Positions 50,586-59,704 of a stretch of 64,000 bases of DNA are shown one piece after another. Under the pieces are notes generated by a model. The model was not told the origin of the DNA and did not search any database. It saw only the letters and a list, made by a program, of their open reading frames with translations. A program made the translations under genes and the position numbers. Position 1 is the first letter of the stretch; every line of letters starts with the position of its first letter. The stretch spans positions 62,001-126,000 of the IMG/VR virus record IMGVR_UViG_3300043418_000114, one strand, 5' to 3'.

Positions 50586-51470
50586 ATGGCAAAGAAACAA
50601 AAAACAGAAGAAAAAACAGTTCCAGTAGAAAAAGTACTGGAGATCGCTGAACAAGCCGCACAAGAACAAAAACCTGCAGAGGGTCAAGTTCAAGTTAACG
50701 TAGACTTCCTACGTACAACTCGCGTACACATCGCAATGCCTTGCTACGGCGGCATGTTGACTGAATCTACATTCATGTCTTTTATCAAGTGGGCAAATAC
50801 CGCTCGTCAATTGGGCATCGATTGGACATTGGAAACAATGGTCAATGAATCATTGATTAGCCGCGCTCGTAATACCCTAACTGCTAAGTTCTTGGATATG
50901 GATGATGCCACTCACTTGTTCTTTGTTGACGCTGATATTGGCTGGGAACCATGGCACTTGCTAGTGTTGTTGAATCGTGACGTTGACGTTGCGGCTGGCC
51001 TATACCCAATGAAGACAATGCCAATCAAGTGGGTTGTTAACGGCTTCGAAGGTGCAGAAGAAGGACCAGACGGATTCCAGGAAGTATCTAAAGCGGGTAC
51101 AGGCTTCTTGTTGATCAAGAAACACGTTTTCGAGAAGATGAATTCTCACCCTGCCGTCAAGCAATACAAGAATGATATTGGCTTAGATCCAAAGTTCGAC
51201 AAGTACTTAAAGACTTACTTCGACACCGCAGTTCGTCAGAATCGTTACTACAGTGAAGACTGGACATTCTGTGAAAACTGGCGCGATCTAGGTGGTAAAA
51301 TCTGGGTTGATAAGCGCATCTTGTTGCGTCACAGTGGTTCATATGTATTCTGCATGGAAAACCAGCAACACTTGATGAACACAATCGGACCAATGTATGT
51401 TGAAGAAAAGAAACAACAAGGTCTAAGACTAGTTGATAAAGACGGAAACGAAGTCAATATTCAACAGTAA
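50586..51470 (+). CDS. Glycosyltransferase-like protein (GT-A fold)
   Basis: IAMPCYGG, ESLISRARN, LFFVDADI, GTGFLLI, YSEDWTFC. Confidence 0.8.
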   Translation: MAKKQKTEEKTVPVEKVLEIAEQAAQEQKPAEGQVQVNVDFLRTTRVHIAMPCYGGMLTESTFMSFIKWANTARQLGIDWTLETMVNESLISRARNTLTAKFLDMDDATHLFFVDADIGWEPWHLLVLLNRDVDVAAGLYPMKTMPIKWVVNGFEGAEEGPDGFQEVSKAGTGFLLIKKHVFEKMNSHPAVKQYKNDIGLDPKFDKYLKTYFDTAVRQNRYYSEDWTFCENWRDLGGKIWVDKRILLRHSGSYVFCMENQQHLMNTIGPMYVEEKKQQGLRLVDKDGNEVNIQQ

Positions 51471-51472
51471 TC

Positions 51473-51496
51473 AAAAGCCCCTTCGGGGGCTTTTTT
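51473..51496 (+). terminator. Rho-independent terminator with UUCG loop
   Basis: AAAAGCCCC-TTCG-GGGGCTTTTTT. Confidence 0.9.
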
Positions 51497-51517
51497 GTTA
51501 TGGGTATAAATAGATTT

Positions 51518-51622
51518 ATGAGTTGGTTCAGAAGAATTCCACCAAAACACCCTCCCTACAGAACAGTACCTGTTCAGCCTGTAATACCTATCCCTGAAAA
51601 TAAAGACCCTAAGCGAAAGTAA
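51518..51622 (+). CDS. 34-aa proline-rich cationic peptide (below ORF-track cutoff)
   Basis: MSWFRRIPPKHPPYRTVPVQPVIPIPENKDPKRK; TATAAATA box 5 nt before ATG. Confidence 0.55.
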   Translation: MSWFRRIPPKHPPYRTVPVQPVIPIPENKDPKRK

Positions 51623-51641
51623 TAGTGATAAATACATTACT

Positions 51642-53957
51642 ATGAATTTGCGTGAATTAGACTCTTTTAAATTAGCGGATGCCGTCACTTTCCATGACGA
51701 ACTTAATCCAAAACTGTGGCACAACAATCAGTTGCGTCCCGAGGTGAAGGAACAGCTAATCCTAATCACAGAAGACTTCCTATCAGAATTAGGTATACCA
51801 GACGTTGATGTTGATGATATCACCGTATCAGGGTCAAATGCCGCATTCAGCTACACACCACACTCAGACTTGGATCTACACTTGCTTGTTGATATGAGCA
51901 GGTACGATGATGACATTTACAAAGAATTTTTCAACGCCAAAAAAGCATTATATAACGAAGCACACGATATTAAAATTCATGGGGTACCAGTAGAAGTATA
52001 CGTACAAGATTCCAGAGAACCCGTCGTAAGTCTAGGTGAGTACAGTGTATTGCAGGATAAATGGCTTAGAATCCCAACTAAGCGCAGAGCAAACTTTGAT
52101 CAAACAACCACTCAAGCAAAATATAACACACTTAAAGAACTAATTGAATTAGCCCTAAAGAGTAAGAATCTCAAAAAAGTAGAAAAAATCACACGCAAGA
52201 TTAAACAGTATCGACAAGCAGGACTAGACAAAGGGGGCGAGTTTGGTCCTGAAAACTTAGCATATAAAGCATTACGCAGTCAGGGTTATATCACCAAGCT
52301 ATATGATTTGCGTGATAAACTACACAGTGAAATCTTGACCATTGAAACGATGTATCAAGATCCAACTCAAATGATTGAGGAAGAAGATGAACAAAAGTTG
52401 CCACCAAAAGTGTATCATGTTACACCTGCTAGCAACTTAGACAGTATCATGAAAGCTGGATTACGTCCACAAGTTGGTGCACGTTCCAGTCAGATACCTG
52501 GCGAACAATCAGCTATATACTGCTTCCCTGACAAAACTTCACTAGAAGATGCCATGATGAATTGGCTTGGTGATGAATTCGATGAAGACGAAGAATTAGC
52601 TTTGTTGGAAATTGACACCTCTAACTTAACAGGCGAGTATACTCCAAATGCTGAGTTTGAGATTGCAATCACTTCCCTAATTCCACCCAATCGTATCAAA
52701 GTATTGTCTAGCAATCTAGCTACAATCACCGAATCGGATGTTAACATTACTCCTGTTGAAAAGACACTGCCTGTTACGCCATACGGCAACAAAGAAAGAC
52801 AGTTTCGTGGTTCAATAGCAGAGGGTTTCGATCAACCATACCCACTTACATGGGAAAAGAGCGAATACGGTGACGTTGACGCACTAGCTAAATTACCAGA
52901 TGGTACTCCATTGAGCATCATGTTTAACGACGAAGGTGATGGCACTGTACAGGTTGAGTTCTATAGAAACAATAGCCAAGAAGTCACAGGCGAAGGCGAT
53001 GCAATGCGAGTATTCGCTACTGTATTAACTGCTATTCAACATTACGTTCAGGAATATGAACCTGAGAAATTAAAGTTTTCAGCAAGCAAAGATAACTGGG
53101 CAAAACAGCAACAAAACAGCGAAAGCCGTGCTAGTCTATATGATAAATTGGTTCAGCGTTATAGCAAATCATGGGGCTATGGTGCATCTAGATCCGACAA
53201 AGGGGACTTTGTTTTGTACCAATTGACTAGAATAAAAAAAAAGTTAGCGACCACTGAATCTTGGGAATTTGCTCCTGCTAAAATCGATAGTTCTCTTTTA
53301 CAAGAATCAATCGAAGAATATTTCAAAAAAGATGGAAAATATTTTCCACATAGAATTCACGGTGCCCATCAACTAATACGTCATTACGATAAAATCGTTG
53401 AATCAGTGGAAACTGATGTAAAAGATTTCTGGCATCAGATGGCTAGCTTGGACAAGCGCAAGGAAGTAAATTTAAAACCTGGCAATAGTGTGAGTGTGAT
53501 CCAATGCTGGACTCATCTTTATGATTCTATTTTTGAGTTGAAGGGCAACTTGACACCCAAAGAAATCGTTAATGTAGAATATGATGATGACGGAAAGGTT
53601 CAATATATCGAATTCAAAGACGGATCATCGTTTCCAGATAAGGCATTTATTGATAGAAACCAAGGTGGCAATTTAGATGGCATTGTCACTACTTTCTTCC
53701 CGACCAAACAAACAGCAAGTCATGCAATTACTGTATTGCATTTATGTGTTCCTGCAGGCTGGGAGTTAAGCAGAAAGAATCTCTCGGAAGCATCTGGCTA
53801 CATTCCATCTGAAAAAGAGAAAAATGACCCTCGTTTCAAGACTGCCCTAACAGTAGATGTTAAGCCTGATGCAGTTAAAAAGAACGCTAAATCCTTCAAC
53901 TGGAAGACCACCAGAGCAGGTATTCCTCCAACAGCGAACCCTAATGGCAAATTCTGA
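51642..53957 (+). CDS. Multidomain effector: Pol-beta-like nucleotidyltransferase + ART/Tpt1-like domain + further modules
   Basis: VSGSNAAFSYTPHSDLDLH (GS...DxD); VYHVTPASNLDSIMKAGL; EVTGEGDAMRVFATV; junctions IEE, ITES, IAEG, LQES, LSEA. Confidence 0.75.
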   Translation: MNLRELDSFKLADAVTFHDELNPKLWHNNQLRPEVKEQLILITEDFLSELGIPDVDVDDITVSGSNAAFSYTPHSDLDLHLLVDMSRYDDDIYKEFFNAKKALYNEAHDIKIHGVPVEVYVQDSREPVVSLGEYSVLQDKWLRIPTKRRANFDQTTTQAKYNTLKELIELALKSKNLKKVEKITRKIKQYRQAGLDKGGEFGPENLAYKALRSQGYITKLYDLRDKLHSEILTIETMYQDPTQMIEEEDEQKLPPKVYHVTPASNLDSIMKAGLRPQVGARSSQIPGEQSAIYCFPDKTSLEDAMMNWLGDEFDEDEELALLEIDTSNLTGEYTPNAEFEIAITSLIPPNRIKVLSSNLATITESDVNITPVEKTLPVTPYGNKERQFRGSIAEGFDQPYPLTWEKSEYGDVDALAKLPDGTPLSIMFNDEGDGTVQVEFYRNNSQEVTGEGDAMRVFATVLTAIQHYVQEYEPEKLKFSASKDNWAKQQQNSESRASLYDKLVQRYSKSWGYGASRSDKGDFVLYQLTRIKKKLATTESWEFAPAKIDSSLLQESIEEYFKKDGKYFPHRIHGAHQLIRHYDKIVESVETDVKDFWHQMASLDKRKEVNLKPGNSVSVIQCWTHLYDSIFELKGNLTPKEIVNVEYDDDGKVQYIEFKDGSSFPDKAFIDRNQGGNLDGIVTTFFPTKQTASHAITVLHLCVPAGWELSRKNLSEASGYIPSEKEKNDPRFKTALTVDVKPDAVKKNAKSFNWKTTRAGIPPTANPNGKF

Positions 53958-54000
53958 TTGCGTAGTATTTTGATAAATACTATATCAACTCGGAATTCCC

Positions 54001-55098
54001 ATGAAAATCAATCAAATTATCGTTGAAACATCAACAACATCTGGTTCAATCTCCACTGTAGCACAACCTCTAGGCGAAGTTCAAGCTCGTTCAGTTAGTG
54101 GACTAGAGCCAGCAGAAAAAGTAATGAAGGGCAAAGCCAAAAAGAAGGGCCCTTATGCCAACTCTATTAGTGAAAGCAAGAAAAAAATCAAAGAAGCTGA
54201 ACTATCTGAGGAAGATGTAATTTTAGTTCCAGGTCAAGGTCGTCAATTCAAGCCTGGATTTCACAAGATTGACCCAGATAGAGCAGAACGCGAAGGCGAA
54301 ACCCTAAAGAACAGCCTACACACTATCATTCGTGTTGCTACTGCATTAGACGAAGAATTATCAACCAGAGATAACTTTCCAGAGTGGGTATCAGAGAAAA
54401 TTGGTGCCACTAAAGGCATGCTAGTGTCGATTGCAGACTACTTGATCAGTGCAGACGAAATGCAACATGATCCAGATGCAATGGAAGACATTACTGGAGC
54501 TGGCGTAATCGCTGGTGGCGCTCAATACGAAGGTAAGAACGTAGATCGCATGGTCAAACACATTACCAAGTCAGAAGAAAAAGCTGGCAAGTCACATGAT
54601 GAGGCAGAAGACATTGCATGGGCAACTGCTAACAAGCGTGGCATGTTAGATAATAAGAATAAAAAGAAACGTGCAGACGAAGGCGTTATGGACGTACTTA
54701 AGAATAAGTTCGGCAAGAAGCCAGCACCAGCGGCTCAGCCACGTGTTGAGCCAACACTTAATGCACCACAGCAATCAAAGCAACGTGTTCGTAAGCCAGC
54801 GGCATCAAGTAATCCATTTGGTAACATGATATCACAAATCACTCAGCCAGAAAAGCCTACGTTCAAGCCAACTAGCACAGGCTCAGTTGCACAGACTAGC
54901 ACAGGCATGATTCATGCTCCTAAAGCTAGCAATCCAAATTTAAAAGCACAATCAGCAGGAGCTGGACAACAGGTTCCAGTGAAGCAAAAATTAGATCCAA
55001 ACAGAATCATGAATGGTATTATGACATTGAACGACAATGAGTTCAAGCAAGTAGTAGATTTCGTGCGTAATCAAATCAGAAAAGGCCGCCCAGCATGA
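54001..55098 (+). CDS. Modular low-complexity putative internal head protein
   Basis: MKINQIIVE start; junctions ISES, IKEAE, LSEE, ADEG. Confidence 0.55.
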   Translation: MKINQIIVETSTTSGSISTVAQPLGEVQARSVSGLEPAEKVMKGKAKKKGPYANSISESKKKIKEAELSEEDVILVPGQGRQFKPGFHKIDPDRAEREGETLKNSLHTIIRVATALDEELSTRDNFPEWVSEKIGATKGMLVSIADYLISADEMQHDPDAMEDITGAGVIAGGAQYEGKNVDRMVKHITKSEEKAGKSHDEAEDIAWATANKRGMLDNKNKKKRADEGVMDVLKNKFGKKPAPAAQPRVEPTLNAPQQSKQRVRKPAASSNPFGNMISQITQPEKPTFKPTSTGSVAQTSTGMIHAPKASNPNLKAQSAGAGQQVPVKQKLDPNRIMNGIMTLNDNEFKQVVDFVRNQIRKGRPA

Positions 55099-58000
55099 GC
55101 AACATTTTTAAAGGTATTAAGCAGTTAAACGAGGTCGATCCTCGTAACTTTGACAGTGACATTGACTACTACGATGCACTGAATAGAAAGCCACGTGGTC
55201 GTAGCGAAGACGATTATGTAGATCCATCAGAAAAATATGATGAACCTATCGCCGCGCAAAAGAAGATCACTCGTCCTGAATATTCTATCAGTGATGATGA
55301 AGACAGAAAAGCTGGTTATAACATGACTCTAACTGTTAAGGCACCAACTACTCAGGCGGCTGAATGGGCAGCCAGTAGTTATGTTGATAGCAACTGGGGC
55401 GCCAAGAAACAAATTGGCAAGATTACTCCAATCGCTGATGGCGTTGTTCAAGTTCACATGGTTGACAATCACAAGTATGGTATGTGGAAGCCTTGGAAAG
55501 ACGAAGCTCCAACCCAAAAGCCTATTAGTTTCAATGAAGAACAACTAGATGAACTAAGCCCAGATACATTAGCTAGCTATAAAAAGAAAGCTGGAGCACA
55601 CGCTAGTGAACTAGACAAAGCCGCTTGGGGTGGTGCACCTGATGCACAACAAAAGATCAACAAAGCGAACAAGCGTTTCAGTGGTATCATTCGTGCTACT
55701 AAGAAAGAACTTGACAATGACGTTAAGGGCATTAAAGAAAACGCAGAAGAATTGAATATGGGTGATCCAGTTGTTGTAACTGGTGACGTTCAATTTAATG
55801 GAACTACTGGTGATATCGTTGGTTTTAGCAATGACAAACACTTTGTTATCGTTGACCTATACAATCATGGTAAGCGTAGTTTTCATTCAAGTGATGTAAG
55901 TTTCAATGACTATGCAGACAGTGACGATGAACATGAACATATCAATCGTGTTGCGGAAGACGAACAACAGTCTCCAAACACTGATTCAATCTTAGAATAT
56001 TTAACTAAAGCCGCTCGTAGTTTGCAACAGAATAAAGATATGTTCTCGCCAGAAGGCTGGGAAAGAATCAAGCGTAGTTATGAATTCTTACGTAGCTATT
56101 TGAAAGATGGCGACTATGAAGGTTTCCTATCAGCATACAATGAAATCTTGCGTAGTTATCCAGATTCAACTGGTCTATTGATTGACGAAATGTTTGCTAT
56201 GGCTGGTCTAGATGAAAACGCTACAATCGAAGATTTCTTAGCTAAAACATCTGAACTTGATGAAGGTCGAGTAAAAGATATCGCCGTTCAACGTCTTGAT
56301 TGGGAAGACATGAGTCCTCAACAATTCAATGGTCAATATGGCAGAACTAAGAATGACTGGGAAGGTCAATTCTCTAGACTGATGAACCCAAAGAAAGCTA
56401 AGGCTAAAAAGACAAGTGCACCAAAATCAACACGCGAGTTGGACTACTGCCCAACATGCCAACGTGGTGATAATCGTTGCGTATGTGAAGATCAGTCTAT
56501 ACAAAAAGGTACTCCTATCACAGTAACGTCAATCAAAGGTACAGTGTATAAAGGTACATTTGAACATGAGAATGAAAATTCAGTTGTTATGAAGACAACT
56601 GGTCGTGGTGGTAATCCACACACTAGCGCAATCGTTCCAGAAACTCATGTAGTTGCAATTAAGAAGTCACACATCAAGTCAATGACTCCTGAGTTGGCAG
56701 AAGATTTACCTCCACCAGAGAACGCACGTAAGACACAAATCGCAGGCACTCTACCTACATACAAGAAAGCCGCTGATATCTTGAACAAGACTGGCGTACA
56801 AGGTAAAGCACTTGACTTTGGTGCTGGTTTAGGTATGGGTACTGGTGAATTGGGTCCTGATGCACATAGCTATGAACCATTCCCTGGCGAAAAGTTCAAG
56901 CCACACTTTGTTGATGTAACAAAGATTCCAGATAACAGCTATCACAAGATTGTTAACTTGAACGTTCTAAACGTTGTACCTAATACAGGTGAACACAAGA
57001 TTCGTGATTCTATTGTTAAGAACATCGGTCGTGTATTGGCACCAGGTGGTGTTGCACTAATCACTACTCGTGGTAAAGATGTGTTAACAATCAAAGGCAC
57101 TCCTGGCGAAGAGCCAACTAGCATGATCAGTAAGATTGGTACATATCAAAAAGGCTTTACACAAAAAGAATTGTTGCAATACATTCAGCAAACATTGGGT
57201 AAAGGTTTCGAAGTATCTAGTATCAAACTAGGCCCAGCTGGCGTAATGATCAAGAAATTGGATCATCAAGGTGTGGCGGAAGGCTCTGAAAATATTCTTC
57301 CAAGAGGAACATCCGTAACAGTCCTACATAAAGGCAAGCAAGTACCTGGTAAAATTGTTAGATATGATGCTGGCAAAAATGGTTATTCAAATGCCTATGT
57401 AGTTGATGTTGGTGGATATGAATCTATATTTGTGCCAGCCAGTAAAATCCAAACGCAAGGTGTGGCGGAAGATACCGGCGACAACAAGTTTGACGCTATG
57501 ATGTCCAACGTTACTTCTAAGAAGTCACTACATGCTAGAGAAGCACTAGGCTTAATGAATGAATTAATTTATCAAGGTGGCGCATCATATAAAGAAGCAC
57601 TAGACCAAGCAAGCACAAGTTTTGAAATCGATCCAGCTAAGTTACATCAGCTATATCAACAAGACATTCGTGCATTAGATGAAGCTGAGTCTAAGCCAGT
57701 CAACATGAAGCGTTGGTTGCGTGACTTCGAACGTAGAGAAGACAATAACTTCCATACTGAAAACGTATTGGCGATGGCACAATTAGTTGGCACACCAGAA
57801 GATGTTGCAACTATGAAAAGTTTGGTAAAGCAACACAGAGGTTTTGGTCTATCTGAGAAACAGTTTGAGATTCGTCATGCAATCGCAGATAGATTGCGTC
57901 CACTAGTCAAGCAAAAGATTCAAGATAGTCAAGCACAAGAAATGGAAGAAGGTAAAACTGGACCAGGTCTATGGGCAAACATCCATGCAAAGCGTGAGCG

Positions 58001-58517
58001 TATCAAGCATGGTTCTGGTGAGAAGATGCGTAAGCCAGGTAGCAAAGGTGCACCAACTGCCGATAACTTTAAATCTGCACAAGCTGGTACCAACGAAGAC
58101 GTAGTTGATGAAGATTGGAAAAAAGTCAATCAACACGATAAGACTGATGGCATGAGCAAGAAAGCAGTCAAGGCTTATCGTAATGAGCATCCAGGTTCTA
58201 AACTACAAACAGCAGTTACTAAGAAGCCAAGTGAATTGAAGGCAGGTAGCAAAGATGCTAAACGCCGTAAATCTTTCTGTGCCAGAATGAGTGGCATGAA
58301 GGGTCCAATGAAGGATGAACATGGTAAGCAAACTCCAAAAGCTAAAGCATTAGCACGTTGGAACTGTGAGTCTATTGAACAGATGGAAGAGTTAGCAATG
58401 ATTGCCGAACAGAAGATTCAGGAAGCAAAAAATGCTAAACAACAAGCCGCAATTGCTATTGCAAAGAAAGAGAAAAAAGTCTCTGAAAGCAATATCATGA
58501 AGGGCATTAAAAAATGA
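55095..58517 (+). CDS. 1140-aa modular polyprotein incl. class I SAM methyltransferase, SH3/KOW-like modules and a DUF6321-like basic domain
   Basis: ALDFGAGLG...NLNVLNVV; RRKSFCARMSG...ARWNC; modules bounded by LNE, LDE, IKE, VAE, LAE, MEE, VDE. Confidence 0.7.
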   Translation: MSNIFKGIKQLNEVDPRNFDSDIDYYDALNRKPRGRSEDDYVDPSEKYDEPIAAQKKITRPEYSISDDEDRKAGYNMTLTVKAPTTQAAEWAASSYVDSNWGAKKQIGKITPIADGVVQVHMVDNHKYGMWKPWKDEAPTQKPISFNEEQLDELSPDTLASYKKKAGAHASELDKAAWGGAPDAQQKINKANKRFSGIIRATKKELDNDVKGIKENAEELNMGDPVVVTGDVQFNGTTGDIVGFSNDKHFVIVDLYNHGKRSFHSSDVSFNDYADSDDEHEHINRVAEDEQQSPNTDSILEYLTKAARSLQQNKDMFSPEGWERIKRSYEFLRSYLKDGDYEGFLSAYNEILRSYPDSTGLLIDEMFAMAGLDENATIEDFLAKTSELDEGRVKDIAVQRLDWEDMSPQQFNGQYGRTKNDWEGQFSRLMNPKKAKAKKTSAPKSTRELDYCPTCQRGDNRCVCEDQSIQKGTPITVTSIKGTVYKGTFEHENENSVVMKTTGRGGNPHTSAIVPETHVVAIKKSHIKSMTPELAEDLPPPENARKTQIAGTLPTYKKAADILNKTGVQGKALDFGAGLGMGTGELGPDAHSYEPFPGEKFKPHFVDVTKIPDNSYHKIVNLNVLNVVPNTGEHKIRDSIVKNIGRVLAPGGVALITTRGKDVLTIKGTPGEEPTSMISKIGTYQKGFTQKELLQYIQQTLGKGFEVSSIKLGPAGVMIKKLDHQGVAEGSENILPRGTSVTVLHKGKQVPGKIVRYDAGKNGYSNAYVVDVGGYESIFVPASKIQTQGVAEDTGDNKFDAMMSNVTSKKSLHAREALGLMNELIYQGGASYKEALDQASTSFEIDPAKLHQLYQQDIRALDEAESKPVNMKRWLRDFERREDNNFHTENVLAMAQLVGTPEDVATMKSLVKQHRGFGLSEKQFEIRHAIADRLRPLVKQKIQDSQAQEMEEGKTGPGLWANIHAKRERIKHGSGEKMRKPGSKGAPTADNFKSAQAGTNEDVVDEDWKKVNQHDKTDGMSKKAVKAYRNEHPGSKLQTAVTKKPSELKAGSKDAKRRKSFCARMSGMKGPMKDEHGKQTPKAKALARWNCESIEQMEELAMIAEQKIQEAKNAKQQAAIAIAKKEKKVSESNIMKGIKK
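57267..57471 (+). repeat. Perfect 16-bp in-frame direct repeat CAAGGTGTGGCGGAAG (57267-57282, 57456-57471)
   Basis: Read directly; 189-nt period; both copies encode QGVAE. Confidence 0.9.
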
Positions 58518-58583
58518 ACCAGGACACCTTTGAATTCTACTGGAATCGCAAAGGTGCCCCTCCAGTAAAGAGTAAATAGAACT

Positions 58584-59024
58584 ATGTTATCAGATAATTT
58601 AAAAGTATTACTAGCAAGCACTCAGTCGTTTGCTATCAAATCTCAGAACTTTCATTGGAATATTGAAGGGTCTGACTTCCCACAATATCATGCATTCTAT
58701 GATACTCTTTACGGAGATGTAGCAGAAACTATTGACAAAATCGCTGAGTATATCAGAATTTTGGGACACTACACGCCTGGCAGTCTATCACGCTACAGTG
58801 AATTGTCAATCATCCAAGATCAAACAAAGATTCCACGTGCTGAATTGATGTTTCAAGAATCACTACACGATACTCAAGTAATGATTGAATTGGTTCAAGC
58901 TATGTTTGATGAAGCTACCCAAGAGCGTCAACAAGGCATTGCCAACTACATGGCTGAATTACAAGACCTATATGCCAAGAAAGCATGGTTCATTCGTTCT
59001 ATCTTAAAGAAAGACCGTGAGTAA
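58584..59024 (+). CDS. dps: Dps / ferritin-like DNA protection protein
   Basis: FHWNIEGSDFPQYH, IDKIAEYIRILG, KKAWFIRS. Confidence 0.9.
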   Translation: MLSDNLKVLLASTQSFAIKSQNFHWNIEGSDFPQYHAFYDTLYGDVAETIDKIAEYIRILGHYTPGSLSRYSELSIIQDQTKIPRAELMFQESLHDTQVMIELVQAMFDEATQERQQGIANYMAELQDLYAKKAWFIRSILKKDRE

Positions 59025-59704
59025 TGAGAGCGTTTGAGTTTTTAGGAGAACAAATTGTTGATGAAATGCCGCTACCGGCAGATTGGGATGCATCCCAAAT
59101 GCGTCAACAAAGTACTACATTCAAATCTCGCTTGGCATACGCATTAGAACGCGCCAAGAAGCTAGGAACAGGTTCTAGTCGTGTTGCCACCGTGATCGAA
59201 TATCAGGGTCGTCCTACAGTGCTTAAAATCGCTAAGAACGCCAAGGGTCTAGCACAGAATAGTGTAGAGGCAGATATTCTCAGTGATGGTTATGGCAGTC
59301 AACTTGGCATTCTTATCCCTATCATTGACTATGATGAACAGAATCGTGAACCAAGTTGGATTCACACTGAAATGGCACAGAAGGCTACTGACAAGCAATT
59401 AAGCACCATCATGAAATGTGGTGATCTGTCCATGCTAGTTCATGCCGCCAACTCAATCGCAGGTAAAAAAAGTTTCTACTCGTATGATAGCGTGGTGAAA
59501 TATTTAAGAGAACATGGTTCTAGTGACAGTGATATCGAAACATTTACTGACTATGCAAACGTTCTAGCTGACCTTGCAAACTCATTTGATGTTGAATTGG
59601 CTGATATGGCACGTGCCGCGAACTGGGGATTATATCACGGTAAACCGGTTATTGTTGATGTTGGTTTCAACAGCAACGTTATGAATCAATATTACAAAAA
59701 ATGA
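59024..59704 (+). CDS. Protein-kinase-like fold protein
   Basis: MRAFEFLGE start; LGTGSSRVA Gly loop, VLKIAK, QNSVE, DMARAANWG, IVDVG. Confidence 0.65.
   Translation: MRAFEFLGEQIVDEMPLPADWDASQMRQQSTTFKSRLAYALERAKKLGTGSSRVATVIEYQGRPTVLKIAKNAKGLAQNSVEADILSDGYGSQLGILIPIIDYDEQNREPSWIHTEMAQKATDKQLSTIMKCGDLSMLVHAANSIAGKKSFYSYDSVVKYLREHGSSDSDIETFTDYANVLADLANSFDVELADMARAANWGLYHGKPVIVDVGFNSNVMNQYYKK

Noticed and set aside
58505-58570. Programmed frameshift or read-through fusing the polyprotein to Dps
   Set aside because: Read-through of TGA meets TAA after 16 codons, the -1 frame stops before dps, and there is no canonical slippery heptamer.
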